DNA of 64,000 nt from a virus, in the IMG/VR virus record IMGVR_UViG_3300005613_000026, positions 1 to 64,000 of that record; one strand, given 5' to 3'. The translations under genes were made by a program, and so were the position numbers. Positions 43,501 through 54,335 of the stretch are shown here, in pieces. Position 1 is the first letter of the stretch. Each line of letters opens with the position of its first letter. The notes under the pieces are model-generated. The model was not told the DNA's origin, did no database searches, and saw only the letters and a list, made by a program, of their open reading frames with translations.

Positions 43501-46494
43501 ATTGATAGACCCAGAAGAAATGGGCTCCCCTTTATATTTTAATTTAGCTCTAGCAACAAATGGAGTAGAAGACCCCATATAAACTCCATTAAACATTTCA
43601 TTATCTATAACTAAATATTTTTCCTTAGTATAAGGATCAGTTTTTTGCACATAACATCTCTGAGGAACTTTAAGATTATTTTTATTCTCAAGCTCAATTT
43701 CCCATGGATTAGTGAATCTAACATTAATAGTATGAGATAAATATTCAAATATATTATCTGAAGAAGAGTTACTTTCTTGAGTAGAACTCTCTCCATCAAC
43801 TCCTTCAATCGCGGCTTCTATAGCTGAGGCATATTCTGCAAAAGGCCCACTAACAGCGACATTATCAGAACCAGAAGAAGGGGACACATACCCAGTATTC
43901 GGAATATAAGATTTAATTTGAACATCAAATTCTGCATTAGAAATCTGAGAGATAATACGAGTATCAGTTGTCATCCTAAGAGTTGCTTTTAAAACTCCCC
44001 CCTCTGTTCTTGTAACAAAGAAAGTATAAGCATCACTGTCGTCAAATTCTAAAGTAGAAGTAGTATTAAAAACATCATCTGCTTGAGTCTCTCTCGTTAT
44101 AGTTGCGTCTATATACATGCGAATAGGAGTGTCCTCAGAAATAGCCACACCGTATTGATCAGTAATCGATCCATAAAGGACAACAGTATCATCAAAATAA
44201 GCTTCTATATCTTCAGGATTCTTTTGAGGCTGATCCCACTGTAAACTTACACTATTTCCATCAATAAGTTCATATCTAAGATTATTCACATCAATTAATG
44301 GTATCGCATTATCATCTGCATCAGAGCTAGGAGTAGATACTAAAAACAGAGGTTCAGAAGCCCTTCCATACTTATCAATGTTCACGATGGAATAGTATGC
44401 ATCTACATCATTATCTATATTTCTATGAACAAAATTAGTAGAAGTAGGTTCTCCCGAAAAAACCATAGAACCATTCGAGTAACCACTCTGATCAACAGAT
44501 GGATAATCTAAAGATGAATAAAAAATTCTTATTCTTTTAATTCTATTATCACTTGGATTTACCCATCTTAAAAATGTTTTTTTATTACCCGCAATAATGG
44601 AAGAATACCCTGAAACTTCTATTGGAGAGGGAAGAGAAGAACTCAAAGAAACAAAATAAGTATCATCTTCTGTATCTGGAATTGTTATTTCTAATACAGT
44701 TGCATCTTCTGCAAAACAAAAATTGCCCAAAGAATTATAAGTATAAATTCTATAATAATAAGTCTCTCCTAAAACAAAATCATAAGCATCAGATACATAA
44801 TGTATCCCTGAAGAAACAGTTTCGTCGTATATAATATCCCCATCTTCTTCCCAAGAAGGAATTCTAATAGAATTGCGAACAATTCTGACACCCCCACCCT
44901 CAAAATTATAATCATCGGGAATTTGAAATTTTAATACTACTAACCTATCCCCATTGTCTTCTTTAACGCCAATATATTCCGTATCAATTTGCTCATTTTC
45001 TCCATTATATATTGGATTTTCAGTAAGATAGGAATTTATGTAACTAGAACTTCTAGCCTCATTATGAACACTAATTTCTGTCATCTTACCTCTAAATGGA
45101 TATATGCCAAGAGCAGTCCCGTCTTCCCCTATATTTACGTTATAATTAACATCGCTAAAATGAGAAGCAACCCCTAATAACGCCACTTGCTCTGATTGTC
45201 CATTTAAATAAAATGTAACATCAGAACCTCCATTATAAGTAACCGCTACGTGCTGCCACTTATAAGACTGTAAAGTTAAAGTAGAAGCTTCCGCGGTAGC
45301 CCCATCTCCGATATTACAACCTAAGTTGCCACTTGAATTTGTGGCAAAAGCATAATTGAAAGATGTAGTATTATCCCTACTCAAGAAAACAACCTCTGAC
45401 ACATTATATGGATACACCCATGCCGATATTGTAATGCTATTATCAGATCCAGTAAACAATATTTCTGTTCTATTGTTAGGATCAGAAGCACTAGCGTATC
45501 CTCCTTCTCCGTCAAAAAATAATCCTGAAGATCCTTCTGGAACAAATTCCGAACTATACCATCTTGGATCTTCTCTTGTAAAAGATAAATCTAAATTACC
45601 GACAAAATCAAATATATTAGACCCCTCTCCTTCACTAAGATGCCATAGCCCTAAAACACTTGAATCTTTATTAATACCATTTGCAACTAAAGGAGAATTA
45701 TCCTCAGGAAAAGTTTCGAATATAGAAATACCTCTAGGAACATTTCTAGTTTTTGGAGTAACCTTTATAGTTCTTCCTTCACTAACAGCTAAATCTGAAT
45801 TATAAGTATAAACTCTGTAATAATAATCTTGCCCTTCCGTTAAGCCAGTATCCAAAACTCTACCAATAAATCCATCAGACACAGAGGTCCCAGAACCTGG
45901 AGTATATGCAAGCGGATAATCTTCGTTACTCCTTACTACTCTAATACCAGAATAATTTGCATCAGCATCAGTTGAAAGAATAGAATTTACTGTATTAGTG
46001 TCATTCGTGTCTATATTATCTTCTAATGCCCCAAAAAAAAGCACATTAACATATACAGCTCCATATTCAATTAAATTATATTTAATTTCACCTGGATAAT
46101 TGTTCTCTATCTTAGTAACAATGTCTTTAGCTATATCATGTCTAAAATTATTATTATCATTCCACGTCATACTGCCACTCTGATCCATAACAATGGTAAC
46201 TACGCGATCATCTAATTCTAATTCTATTTTTTCAGTTCCATCTCCCTCATCTGTAACTTTTGTATTTTTCAATTTCTGATTTAAAGTATCTGAAAAATAA
46301 TTCAAGACTTCAGTAGTAGATTCTGTAGGATTCACTACAATTTTCTCTTCTGCATCCTGAACAGCATCAAAATCACTATATATACGATGAGCCTGCCTTT
46401 TATCATAATTGATATACCATTGTCCTCTGGACAAAGAAGATTGACCATTAATGGCTTCGTAATATACTTTAGTATTCAAAGATGGCATTAACAT
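40525..46494 (-). CDS. Giant putative virion protein: vWA N-terminal MIDAS segment, FN3-like, LamG, Ig-like and Kelch repeats
   Basis: VMDQSGSM; YYYRVYTYN repeats; GLWHLSEGEG...TISAWVYP...WQHVAVTY; IYVAGG, IYTLGG, YYIFGG and IYIIGG Kelch blades. Confidence 0.75.
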   Translation of the reverse strand: MLMPSLNTKVYYEAINGQSSLSRGQWYINYDKRQAHRIYSDFDAVQDAEEKIVVNPTESTTEVLNYFSDTLNQKLKNTKVTDEGDGTEKIELELDDRVVTIVMDQSGSMTWNDNNNFRHDIAKDIVTKIENNYPGEIKYNLIEYGAVYVNVLFFGALEDNIDTNDTNTVNSILSTDADANYSGIRVVRSNEDYPLAYTPGSGTSVSDGFIGRVLDTGLTEGQDYYYRVYTYNSDLAVSEGRTIKVTPKTRNVPRGISIFETFPEDNSPLVANGINKDSSVLGLWHLSEGEGSNIFDFVGNLDLSFTREDPRWYSSEFVPEGSSGLFFDGEGGYASASDPNNRTEILFTGSDNSITISAWVYPYNVSEVVFLSRDNTTSFNYAFATNSSGNLGCNIGDGATAEASTLTLQSYKWQHVAVTYNGGSDVTFYLNGQSEQVALLGVASHFSDVNYNVNIGEDGTALGIYPFRGKMTEISVHNEARSSSYINSYLTENPIYNGENEQIDTEYIGVKEDNGDRLVVLKFQIPDDYNFEGGGVRIVRNSIRIPSWEEDGDIIYDETVSSGIHYVSDAYDFVLGETYYYRIYTYNSLGNFCFAEDATVLEITIPDTEDDTYFVSLSSSLPSPIEVSGYSSIIAGNKKTFLRWVNPSDNRIKRIRIFYSSLDYPSVDQSGYSNGSMVFSGEPTSTNFVHRNIDNDVDAYYSIVNIDKYGRASEPLFLVSTPSSDADDNAIPLIDVNNLRYELIDGNSVSLQWDQPQKNPEDIEAYFDDTVVLYGSITDQYGVAISEDTPIRMYIDATITRETQADDVFNTTSTLEFDDSDAYTFFVTRTEGGVLKATLRMTTDTRIISQISNAEFDVQIKSYIPNTGYVSPSSGSDNVAVSGPFAEYASAIEAAIEGVDGESSTQESNSSSDNIFEYLSHTINVRFTNPWEIELENKNNLKVPQRCYVQKTDPYTKEKYLVIDNEMFNGVYMGSSTPFVARAKLKYKGEPISSGSINVAVWDADNTNLCANAGNTTSAGPYEGPKTKVSTIVTPPNSTMGVLLGTETREVGGETVSTTISYVDIPIYAPDMPQAVRLFVKGSNAGYSSVKDIYILFQSILQIDIQAGDPEIDGKSVAEQQAIARILHPDYPTDKSLVTYPDDSTVVQWKIVPIQGNERNLYSVDNVPIPNGVYSYTRNGVARSVFLGPIQRGSTKIDEVQEVSATIVYNGLSSTAKQYIRLEYDPDSFEKFQARFLMEVDGGWRGYGSSLAWRGAGWLDADLYPLWTDGSDYKRMKISRDPANTTSDFKASTCFINCADQDDSQVFELSSGQVVHVNLGDDNLEIIHGEVSEELDPYTGRYVLNIGRNGFVDYGDAYIQLNDEEESDITYFYIRANKFASESGAINNSDCDDENEINKCLCLAKDDTKGLTQCDLPRWSPVVYAKGETTIFVNDQPLVLFGGGDFYNGIPPCPIALKEPLALVIDSKWVIDDGERIEVYNDNFLDADGNTLVKHDSDVYVKVRVLWRGESIPDDTPIYVSIGNNTIDNLFIASRYIYYTATESDGFSYVTVRLSASRVPEETTTETIKMYSVYDENGETDRNVFVQVNLTINREDETVDTVSNPSIVTTISSAVVTPYSRTMERYDINNDEWTLVREMTQSRGNAFVGSVGSYIYVAGGMKGNGADISSITERYDADNDEWSTVSNMITPRFGGSTVVIGTDIYTLGGISLNLLENGEADVSLANEVYHTDTGLWESLTPFPVISTGAFEDRLGVAFGTAQHFVIGAKNYIYVLSGIKRVSITSSSSDIREYNNRILRYCIEDDQWAYSDILFTDEILTYNRIFPLSIKYDDKIIVFNGAKESGGNFVYPSDDFCISPELSMTRTGTQRYIQFNSGYLGDFPSPKFQSAMAEYDPSPSTDNADYYIFGGVDSSSSSLDAVEQITVSSNNFDYNASFENEDSSNLLTRMLTAKHGASAAYCNVSGSPYIYIIGGYTDARGDDSIDINFG

Positions 46495-46502
46495 TCTCCA
46501 TT

Positions 46503-48470
46503 TTATATTTTAATGGCTGATGGGAAAGACATATACTCATCATTGTCTACTGTCTCCCAAATAACGAAATTATCTACATCTCCACCCGCTGATGACATCA
46601 CTAAAAAATAATTATCACCATAAGTCGCAGCAGAAACATTCCCGTCATCATCCAAACGTGTTATATTAAAATTATACCAATCATCTTGCACAACTTGATT
46701 AATAGTATTCTTATAATCATAAACTAATAAAGGGTTAGATGGATTATTTGAGGATTCGTATAGCTGCATATGTATGGTAACATAAGGACTAACGGTCTCA
46801 TTTGGACCCTCTGCATAAGGAGTCTCTGAATCAACCCCTATATATATCTTATCAATAGCACACTGTTTTTCCTTTATTCTTATTCCTAAACTATGCTCCT
46901 GATTATCGGGAATAGTTACAGTTGTATTCACCCACTGCCATTGCTCTGCTGAAGGATCTCCTAAAGTTTCATTAAGAGTTCTTACAACCTCTCCATCTAA
47001 AAGAATCTCCATAGAAATTGTATTTGATTCTAAAGATATACATCTTATCCATAGATCATACGTATCATCATTAACAGCCTTAATAGGGTAGCACACTACA
47101 GGAAATCTAGAAAGATTGTCATTATGTAATATCATATATCCATTCCCTGTAGAACCTCCTACTGTATCCGCAAAATACAATATATTTCCACTTCTAGTAC
47201 TAATAGAAGAATAATTAGTAGCGTCTATTACTACAGGCTCCGTATTATATAAAGACCAGTAATCTCTAGAGTTAGATCCTACCCTTCTTAAATACACACT
47301 TGCTTTTGTGGGAACAAATTCTCCATTTACTTCAAATTCTTGAGCCAGCCTCAACCTAATTAAAGGATCTTCAAATATATAAACTTTCCCTTCTCCAGAA
47401 CTTCCAGCTGAAGAAGCATCTGCTCCTACTGCTAAAAACCTATTGTAAATAGTAACAGAACTACCGAAACTATCCCCCGTAGACAATCCTGATACATATA
47501 TTTTTTTTAAATGTCCCCAATCTCTTTTTTTGTAAAAAACATCAGCCACTCCCTTATCGTCAGAACCAACTGAACCAACTATCAAAAAATCTCCTTCCAA
47601 CTCAACGCTACATCCAAATCTATTACCTTCATAACTATTTTCATTGACCCCTGTAACTTTTTCCACTTCATACCATCTATCTACCTTTTTATACACATAA
47701 ACCGCTCCAGAATTTACAATAGAATTAGCATCTTCATATTGTGCCCCAATAGCTAGATAAGAAGAAGATACTGATATTGATCCGCCAAACTGAGCATTTT
47801 CCTCCCTATTAGAAGGATACAAATTATAGGCAAATTGCCAAACCTCAGAATCAGAATCAAAGGAATACACATAAGCAGCCCCACTGCCATTGCTATTCCC
47901 TGTCGCTCCGACTATAATATCTTCGCCATCAAACGCTACTGATGCTCCAAAATAGTCTCCTATTGTAGGAATCTCCGAAACAATTTTCTGATATTGAGTC
48001 CATCCATTAGTATTGTTAGTAGAATTTCTCTTAAATATATAAATAGCACCTTTACTACTAGAATCTCCTGGAGCCCCAACTACAAGATACGCTCCAGAAA
48101 TAGATACTGAAGATCCGAACAAAGATCCAGACACAGCATCTGACCCTACCACAGTATAATAGTTACTCCACGTATCTCCTCCATCATCTTTGTAAATAGC
48201 CGCCTCTCCCTTATCTCCATTCTCATTTTCTGCTCCAATAACTATATATCCATCATCCATATCTACAGAACAACCAAAGCCACTCATGAGCAAAGATAAA
48301 TCTTTAATCTGACTCCATTCCTCATTTAATCCTCTTTTATAAAGATAGGCAGCATTATTTCCTCTTTCGCCTACAACTAAATAATAACCCCTTAAAGAAC
48401 AAGCACTACCATATCTATAATTATCTAGACCTGTTGCATTAGTTAAAATATTATGTTGAATATACGCCAT
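46503..48470 (-). CDS. FG-GAP (integrin-alpha-like) beta-propeller + carbohydrate-binding-like domain
   Basis: Seven FGxSV...VVGA...GAxY repeats; then YDLWIR, WQWV and IDKIYI motifs. Confidence 0.8.
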   Translation of the reverse strand: MAYIQHNILTNATGLDNYRYGSACSLRGYYLVVGERGNNAAYLYKRGLNEEWSQIKDLSLLMSGFGCSVDMDDGYIVIGAENENGDKGEAAIYKDDGGDTWSNYYTVVGSDAVSGSLFGSSVSISGAYLVVGAPGDSSSKGAIYIFKRNSTNNTNGWTQYQKIVSEIPTIGDYFGASVAFDGEDIIVGATGNSNGSGAAYVYSFDSDSEVWQFAYNLYPSNREENAQFGGSISVSSSYLAIGAQYEDANSIVNSGAVYVYKKVDRWYEVEKVTGVNENSYEGNRFGCSVELEGDFLIVGSVGSDDKGVADVFYKKRDWGHLKKIYVSGLSTGDSFGSSVTIYNRFLAVGADASSAGSSGEGKVYIFEDPLIRLRLAQEFEVNGEFVPTKASVYLRRVGSNSRDYWSLYNTEPVVIDATNYSSISTRSGNILYFADTVGGSTGNGYMILHNDNLSRFPVVCYPIKAVNDDTYDLWIRCISLESNTISMEILLDGEVVRTLNETLGDPSAEQWQWVNTTVTIPDNQEHSLGIRIKEKQCAIDKIYIGVDSETPYAEGPNETVSPYVTIHMQLYESSNNPSNPLLVYDYKNTINQVVQDDWYNFNITRLDDDGNVSAATYGDNYFLVMSSAGGDVDNFVIWETVDNDEYMSFPSAIKI

Positions 48471-48479
48471 TTTTTCCTC

Positions 48480-51400
48480 TTATATAGGTACACCTGTTGA
48501 AAGTCTCATTGGATAATCAAAAGAAGGAACTCTAAACATATTATTACCAAAAACCCAAACATCATTACCAACAATCAATATTTTATGAATAGTTTGCAAC
48601 GCTGTATTCTCTTTGGGTTTTATTACATTATCTTCGATAATAGCATAAGTCCCATTACTAAGTCCCACTACTGTCTTATCGACACTATCAGTATCTATAC
48701 AATTAATAGTTACACCAGATTCCCATATTATTCCTAGATCTATATCTTGCAAAGAAGCATTATCACTATTAAAAGTTCCATTATCAGAATAAAGTCCTTG
48801 TTTAGTAGCAACATAAGTATTTGTATAACCAAAACGAACAATATCTAATATATCCAAAGCAGGACCAATACCTGTTGATACAAAATTATATCCATTTGCA
48901 GATAGTTTTATTTCTCCATCTATTACAGCAAATAACACATTTGAACTCAACATAGTAGAGACAGGAGAATTAGAAGAGACACTCTTATCCCAATCATTAA
49001 CCAAAAATGATTTTGCATATATACCATCATCACCTCCAATAATCAAATTATTTCCCACATACCCCATACTATATAAATTATTAGACAATCCACTTCTGGT
49101 ATAATCAGACCATGTTGCACCATAGTCTTGAGATTCATATATATTTGTATCTGTTACAATGTAAATATAATCATTCGCCCTATATATATCTCTGACCATA
49201 GTTGTCGAAGATACAGATACAGACACCTGTCCTATTTCAAAAGTAGTAGAATCTATCTCTAATACTCCTCCCCGTCCTCCTACTAAAACTTTACCAGTTT
49301 CAGAAACATAGATTACAGCAGAAGGATATATCAGTGATAAAGAATCTGTATTTTCACTAGACTCTAATTTGTAATTAATAGTAGAATTCAAAGTGTCATA
49401 CCAGTTATTTCCGTATGGTATAATATTTCTACTTTGCAATAATGGACTATATATAGATTGCATATCTGGCCATTGCTTTTCTGTATAAATACCTAATTTA
49501 GTTATATTTACTTGTTGAACCTGAGAGAGGTAAGAAGGCAATCCTGAATACACATCCTCAAATGCATCCTCTATCTCTCTGTGCAAAAGAGCCCCAGCAT
49601 TCTTTGTAGAAACTCCCATTATGTCAACTCTCATATCATCATATTTATCAAATGGAATACCAAATTCGAATAACCCATCAGAAGTATTTATAGAAGTTGT
49701 ATAACTAGTTCCCTTTGTTTGATTGGTATTATAATAAACTGGAACTTCTGTAGTAGTCGTTTCTCCAAAATTAGATGTCACAGATACAACTGTTACTAGC
49801 TGAGTATTAATAGCAGGATAAACAAAATCTGTCTTCAACTGCTCGTATATTTGTGATAAGAATTTATCTATATCAGCAAATAGAGTTCTCACCATAGTGA
49901 CAACAGTATCTCCACTGGTTTCTGCTAATGAAGTAATCGAATCTAAATCTGTTGTTACATTAGAAGCATATGTGTCAGCGATATCTTTATGAGCTGTCTC
50001 ATCATCATAAGACGGAAGAGAGAAATTAATAAAATTCTCAGCACTTATGCTAATAGTCTCTTCTGATTCTCCAAATTGAAGACCATTCTGATATACATAT
50101 AACTTAGCATCATATTTATCTCTGGACCATCCTCCATACTCAGCAAAATAAATATCATACTTATTAGATACTTCAACATAACTACCTTGAGAAATTGCTT
50201 CATCAAAAAAGACATTATGAGAAGACCCTTCATTATTATAATAACATCCTATCTTTTGGACAGCATTATCAACATAAAATGTAGGTATAGATGTGTTTTT
50301 TTGCTCATATTGTAGCCACATCTTTTCATTATCATCAAAGATATATAATTTCTTTTCTGCACCGATAAATAAATCATTACCAATAACTGCTAAACAAGTA
50401 ATTGGTACTGGATTATTTTTAATATTGGTTAAAGGCCATACCGAAACAGAATCAGCATCAATTATGGTATAAATAGATAAATTTTCAGATCCTTGAGGGC
50501 CCTCATCTGTTCCTACATATATCTTGTCATTAAATATTTCCATCCTTCTAGAATAAGAACAATCCAAATCCATGACCTTTGAAAAATCTCCGTCACCTAA
50601 ATCTTTTCTATAAACGGCAGTGTCTGCTAACGCAAAAATATTGGAAGTTGTTTTTATAAATTTTCTTATCTTAATAAAAGAATCTAATTCTGTTATATAA
50701 CTCCAACTTCTACCGTTATCAATAGATTGAATAAGACCCAACTCATTACTAACTAAAATCCTACCAGTTACTCCATTAGAACCATCTATAAATTCATCTT
50801 CATATATAATACCATAAGCTTCTGAAGTTCTAGGCCCAAATATTGATAACTTTTCCCAAGTATCTTCTATATATGGAACATATTGGCTATTTAATCTAAA
50901 CACTCCCAAGTCTGTTGATAAATAAAGATTCCCCGTAGAGTCTTCCGCAATATCTCTAATAGCTTTTACAAAATCAAGACCTGACATTTTTCTCCAAGAA
51001 CGGAAACTTGTTCCATTTGAGATATATACATTCTGAGCAGTAATAGCATAATAATCTCCAGCATCAGATTGATATATCCTATGAACAGTAGATGGAAATG
51101 TTTGTCTTTGCTCCCATTCTCTACCATAATTATCACTAAACCACACCCCACTACTCGTAGCAGCAACTAAAGTTTCTGTTTCTGGACCTTGAACTATATC
51201 ATAAAAAGCAACAGCATCTCCCATCTTATTTCTATCCTCGTCAGAATAAGATTCTGCTAAACTATATAAATAATTATCAAACGTTTGCATCGGTAATTTA
51301 AGAGGTATTAATCTTTCATTTATTCTTCCACTATGATGAATTTGCGGCATTTGCTCTGAAGAAAACATCCCCGTCTCAAATTGATCTGCACTTAAAGATT

Positions 51401-54326
51401 TAACTCTAGATGATGGAAGTTCTCCTGAAACTTCTGAAACATTGACCAATTCAATTCCAATAGAAGGAGCCGCAGAATACGGAGTATCTGGACAATTATC
51501 TCCCCTGCAAGCAGAATATAGAGGCTCTTGAAATACTATCTCTCCATTATCTACATCTATCTCATAAGAGACTGGGGATTCTCCTATCTGAGCTTGCCTT
51601 AATCTTACAACATCAACATTACCTTGTGCATCTGAAAAATAATCTTCATTAATAATCCCTGCCACATATACTATATAATTATCAGCTCCTTCTAAATCTG
51701 ATTCTGTAGTATAAACTTGATAATCATTTGTAGTCCAATCTAAAACAGTAATATTAGAATGAAGTTCTATTCTTTTATCTAGACCATTTTCAACTATATG
51801 TCTATGAGCATTAATTTTTTCATCGGTTCTATCTCTTATAGGATCTTCAAATCCTGCCAAATTATAAGCAAGAGAAGAATCTATAGATATAGATCCTGTT
51901 CTAGAAGTTATTTGAGCAATTAAAATAGAATTAGAAGGAGTTACCGCAGACTCTGATACAACCGCCTCAACTCCATTCCTGTATTTTCTAACAATATAAT
52001 AATATGTTTCACCATCTTTTAATAATGCATCTCTATCTATATAAGTAGTTTCTGAAGGAAAAGCAAATCCAATATATTCAAAAGAATAATTATTATAATT
52101 AGATCTTAATATCTCATACCCATCAAATCCATCAGAGCTGGCATTCCATGATAACTCTGCATTACCTCCACTACTCCCTATAACTATCAAACCCTCCACA
52201 ACATCCATATCAGAAAAAGATCTTGGCTCAGCAGGAGGTGTAAAAGTAGAAATATAATTATCAGCAGGATTAAACGATTCATTACCATACATATCTACAG
52301 ATGTTATAAAATAATTATAAGAATTACCATTTACAACAGTATAATCCGTAAATGAAGTATTAGTTGCAGGAATTGTTGCGATAGCTAAAAACTCATCAGC
52401 CTTTAAGTAAAAAGCATAATCTGCCCTATATATTTTAAAATAAGATATATCATCATACTCAGAAGGAAGATTCCATTGCAAATATACTTCTGTATCTCCA
52501 GTGGTTACTAATAAATTTTGAGGAGGTTCTGGCCTCAAAACTTCTTCTTCATCTTCCTGAAATTGAATTGATGAAGTATAACTATTACCCTCAGTACCAA
52601 ATACATCAAAAGGAGTTATAACTACATTATATCTATAATCTAAACTAAACTCACTCGAAGGAATAACATAACTAAATCTTTTACTTATTTTTTCAGCATT
52701 GGCATAAAAAGTATCTTCATAAGTCGAAGGACTCTCAGGATCTACCCCTAAATCTGTTATAGTTATCGTTATCTTATTATAATCAAAATAAGATTCTGTA
52801 GGATTAGTCCAAGAAATAAATAAACTATTATCTGTTTTTCTTTCAATTGAATAATTAGTAATAGCCGATACCAACTCGGTAACAGGTGTCTTTTCTATCC
52901 TGGTAACAAACCCCCCACTTCTATTGCCATCTACATCCTCTGTCTGAATTAGAATGGTATAAGGTGTGTACTCTTTGAATGACTCATATTCTAATAATCC
53001 ATTCTCTCTAAACGGAAGATATTTTATATGATGAAGATAACATTGACCATCATTGGTATCTGTGCAAGCGCTTGACCGAACAAAAGTTTCAAGCACTTCT
53101 ATGGGCTCGCTATCTCTGCTGCCGTTTTCTAAAAAAGTAATAATGAACTTATGAGCATATGCTAAATAAGGATCGTCTTGATCATATCTCCAATATAGAT
53201 CTGCTTCTAACCCAACATTCTCAAATTGACTCAATTCAAACTGAATATCTGCACTACTTATTTCTCCCGCTCCTGGTAAATAGAGCATTTTCTTTTCAAT
53301 AGATATTCCATCTGAAAGATATAATGCATCACTTACAGAATAAATAGTTACCCTATAAGTAGCACCATTTGTTAACTCCTCAAATACTGTATAAGTAGAA
53401 TCCAAGACATTATAAGTTTCAGCTTCTACATCAACAGATACAGGACTCCCATCTACATTATAGTCAGCATCTAATAATTGCAAAACAACTCTGTATAAAC
53501 TAACATTATTAGAACTAGAATGGTTCCAAACAACCTCCATCGTCTGATTGCCAGTATAAGCTTGAATAAAACTTGGAGGGAGAGGAATACGACTATCTAC
53601 ATCTGTAGATATAGATAAAATCGTAGGATCGCTCTCATTTCCACTTAAGTCTACTGCTATAATTTGATAAATATAACTAGTATTCTGTTCTAAATCACCA
53701 TCAGCATAAAAAGTTTCTTCTGTTATTCCTAAATCATTATAATCAGAACCATCGAATTTTCTAATTTTATAATAATCAAAATCAGCTTCATTATTGGCTG
53801 TCCAAGAAAAAGCCAATTGCTTATATCCTAACATGACTAAATCTTCATTTTCGTTAGTTATGCCAAGTAAATTTCGAATATAAATTTCAAATTCAGAAGT
53901 ATAGCTGGTCAAAGAAGATAGGTATGACTGAATATCTGTTACTTGAACAACTCCTTCAGGAGAATTAGGAGGAACAGAATCCTCTGCCACAACACTGGCT
54001 ATTGATGAATTCCCACTAAGGGCAGCCACTTCATTATCTTTCGCTCTTATATAAACATATCTACTAGTATTATCATCTATTTGTATTTGAATTGCACCAA
54101 AAGACTGCATAACTCTTCTGCCGATTATGCCCATTCCTCTAGAAACATAAAGATCTCCGTCTTCATAAGTTACATCCCAACCATTAATAATACCTTCATC
54201 AACTTGATCTGAAATAAAAGCTAATTGATTATCTATAGTTGTAAATCGTCTGTTATCAGATGCAGAAGCATAAAAATCTTCCCATCCAAATGATTCTAAA
54301 TCGTAATGTTCAGTCTTTATAGGCAT
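48480..54326 (-). CDS. Giant putative tail/virion protein with FN3 and BNR/Asp-box propellers
   Basis: YQIIAVDLSGNES and YFITSVDMYGNES FN3 motifs; SDNYGREW, SIDNGRSW and SQDYGATW Asp-boxes. Confidence 0.75.
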   Translation of the reverse strand: MPIKTEHYDLESFGWEDFYASASDNRRFTTIDNQLAFISDQVDEGIINGWDVTYEDGDLYVSRGMGIIGRRVMQSFGAIQIQIDDNTSRYVYIRAKDNEVAALSGNSSIASVVAEDSVPPNSPEGVVQVTDIQSYLSSLTSYTSEFEIYIRNLLGITNENEDLVMLGYKQLAFSWTANNEADFDYYKIRKFDGSDYNDLGITEETFYADGDLEQNTSYIYQIIAVDLSGNESDPTILSISTDVDSRIPLPPSFIQAYTGNQTMEVVWNHSSSNNVSLYRVVLQLLDADYNVDGSPVSVDVEAETYNVLDSTYTVFEELTNGATYRVTIYSVSDALYLSDGISIEKKMLYLPGAGEISSADIQFELSQFENVGLEADLYWRYDQDDPYLAYAHKFIITFLENGSRDSEPIEVLETFVRSSACTDTNDGQCYLHHIKYLPFRENGLLEYESFKEYTPYTILIQTEDVDGNRSGGFVTRIEKTPVTELVSAITNYSIERKTDNSLFISWTNPTESYFDYNKITITITDLGVDPESPSTYEDTFYANAEKISKRFSYVIPSSEFSLDYRYNVVITPFDVFGTEGNSYTSSIQFQEDEEEVLRPEPPQNLLVTTGDTEVYLQWNLPSEYDDISYFKIYRADYAFYLKADEFLAIATIPATNTSFTDYTVVNGNSYNYFITSVDMYGNESFNPADNYISTFTPPAEPRSFSDMDVVEGLIVIGSSGGNAELSWNASSDGFDGYEILRSNYNNYSFEYIGFAFPSETTYIDRDALLKDGETYYYIVRKYRNGVEAVVSESAVTPSNSILIAQITSRTGSISIDSSLAYNLAGFEDPIRDRTDEKINAHRHIVENGLDKRIELHSNITVLDWTTNDYQVYTTESDLEGADNYIVYVAGIINEDYFSDAQGNVDVVRLRQAQIGESPVSYEIDVDNGEIVFQEPLYSACRGDNCPDTPYSAAPSIGIELVNVSEVSGELPSSRVKSLSADQFETGMFSSEQMPQIHHSGRINERLIPLKLPMQTFDNYLYSLAESYSDEDRNKMGDAVAFYDIVQGPETETLVAATSSGVWFSDNYGREWEQRQTFPSTVHRIYQSDAGDYYAITAQNVYISNGTSFRSWRKMSGLDFVKAIRDIAEDSTGNLYLSTDLGVFRLNSQYVPYIEDTWEKLSIFGPRTSEAYGIIYEDEFIDGSNGVTGRILVSNELGLIQSIDNGRSWSYITELDSFIKIRKFIKTTSNIFALADTAVYRKDLGDGDFSKVMDLDCSYSRRMEIFNDKIYVGTDEGPQGSENLSIYTIIDADSVSVWPLTNIKNNPVPITCLAVIGNDLFIGAEKKLYIFDDNEKMWLQYEQKNTSIPTFYVDNAVQKIGCYYNNEGSSHNVFFDEAISQGSYVEVSNKYDIYFAEYGGWSRDKYDAKLYVYQNGLQFGESEETISISAENFINFSLPSYDDETAHKDIADTYASNVTTDLDSITSLAETSGDTVVTMVRTLFADIDKFLSQIYEQLKTDFVYPAINTQLVTVVSVTSNFGETTTTEVPVYYNTNQTKGTSYTTSINTSDGLFEFGIPFDKYDDMRVDIMGVSTKNAGALLHREIEDAFEDVYSGLPSYLSQVQQVNITKLGIYTEKQWPDMQSIYSPLLQSRNIIPYGNNWYDTLNSTINYKLESSENTDSLSLIYPSAVIYVSETGKVLVGGRGGVLEIDSTTFEIGQVSVSVSSTTMVRDIYRANDYIYIVTDTNIYESQDYGATWSDYTRSGLSNNLYSMGYVGNNLIIGGDDGIYAKSFLVNDWDKSVSSNSPVSTMLSSNVLFAVIDGEIKLSANGYNFVSTGIGPALDILDIVRFGYTNTYVATKQGLYSDNGTFNSDNASLQDIDLGIIWESGVTINCIDTDSVDKTVVGLSNGTYAIIEDNVIKPKENTALQTIHKILIVGNDVWVFGNNMFRVPSFDYPMRLSTGVPI

Positions 54327-54335
54327 GTCATTCTA

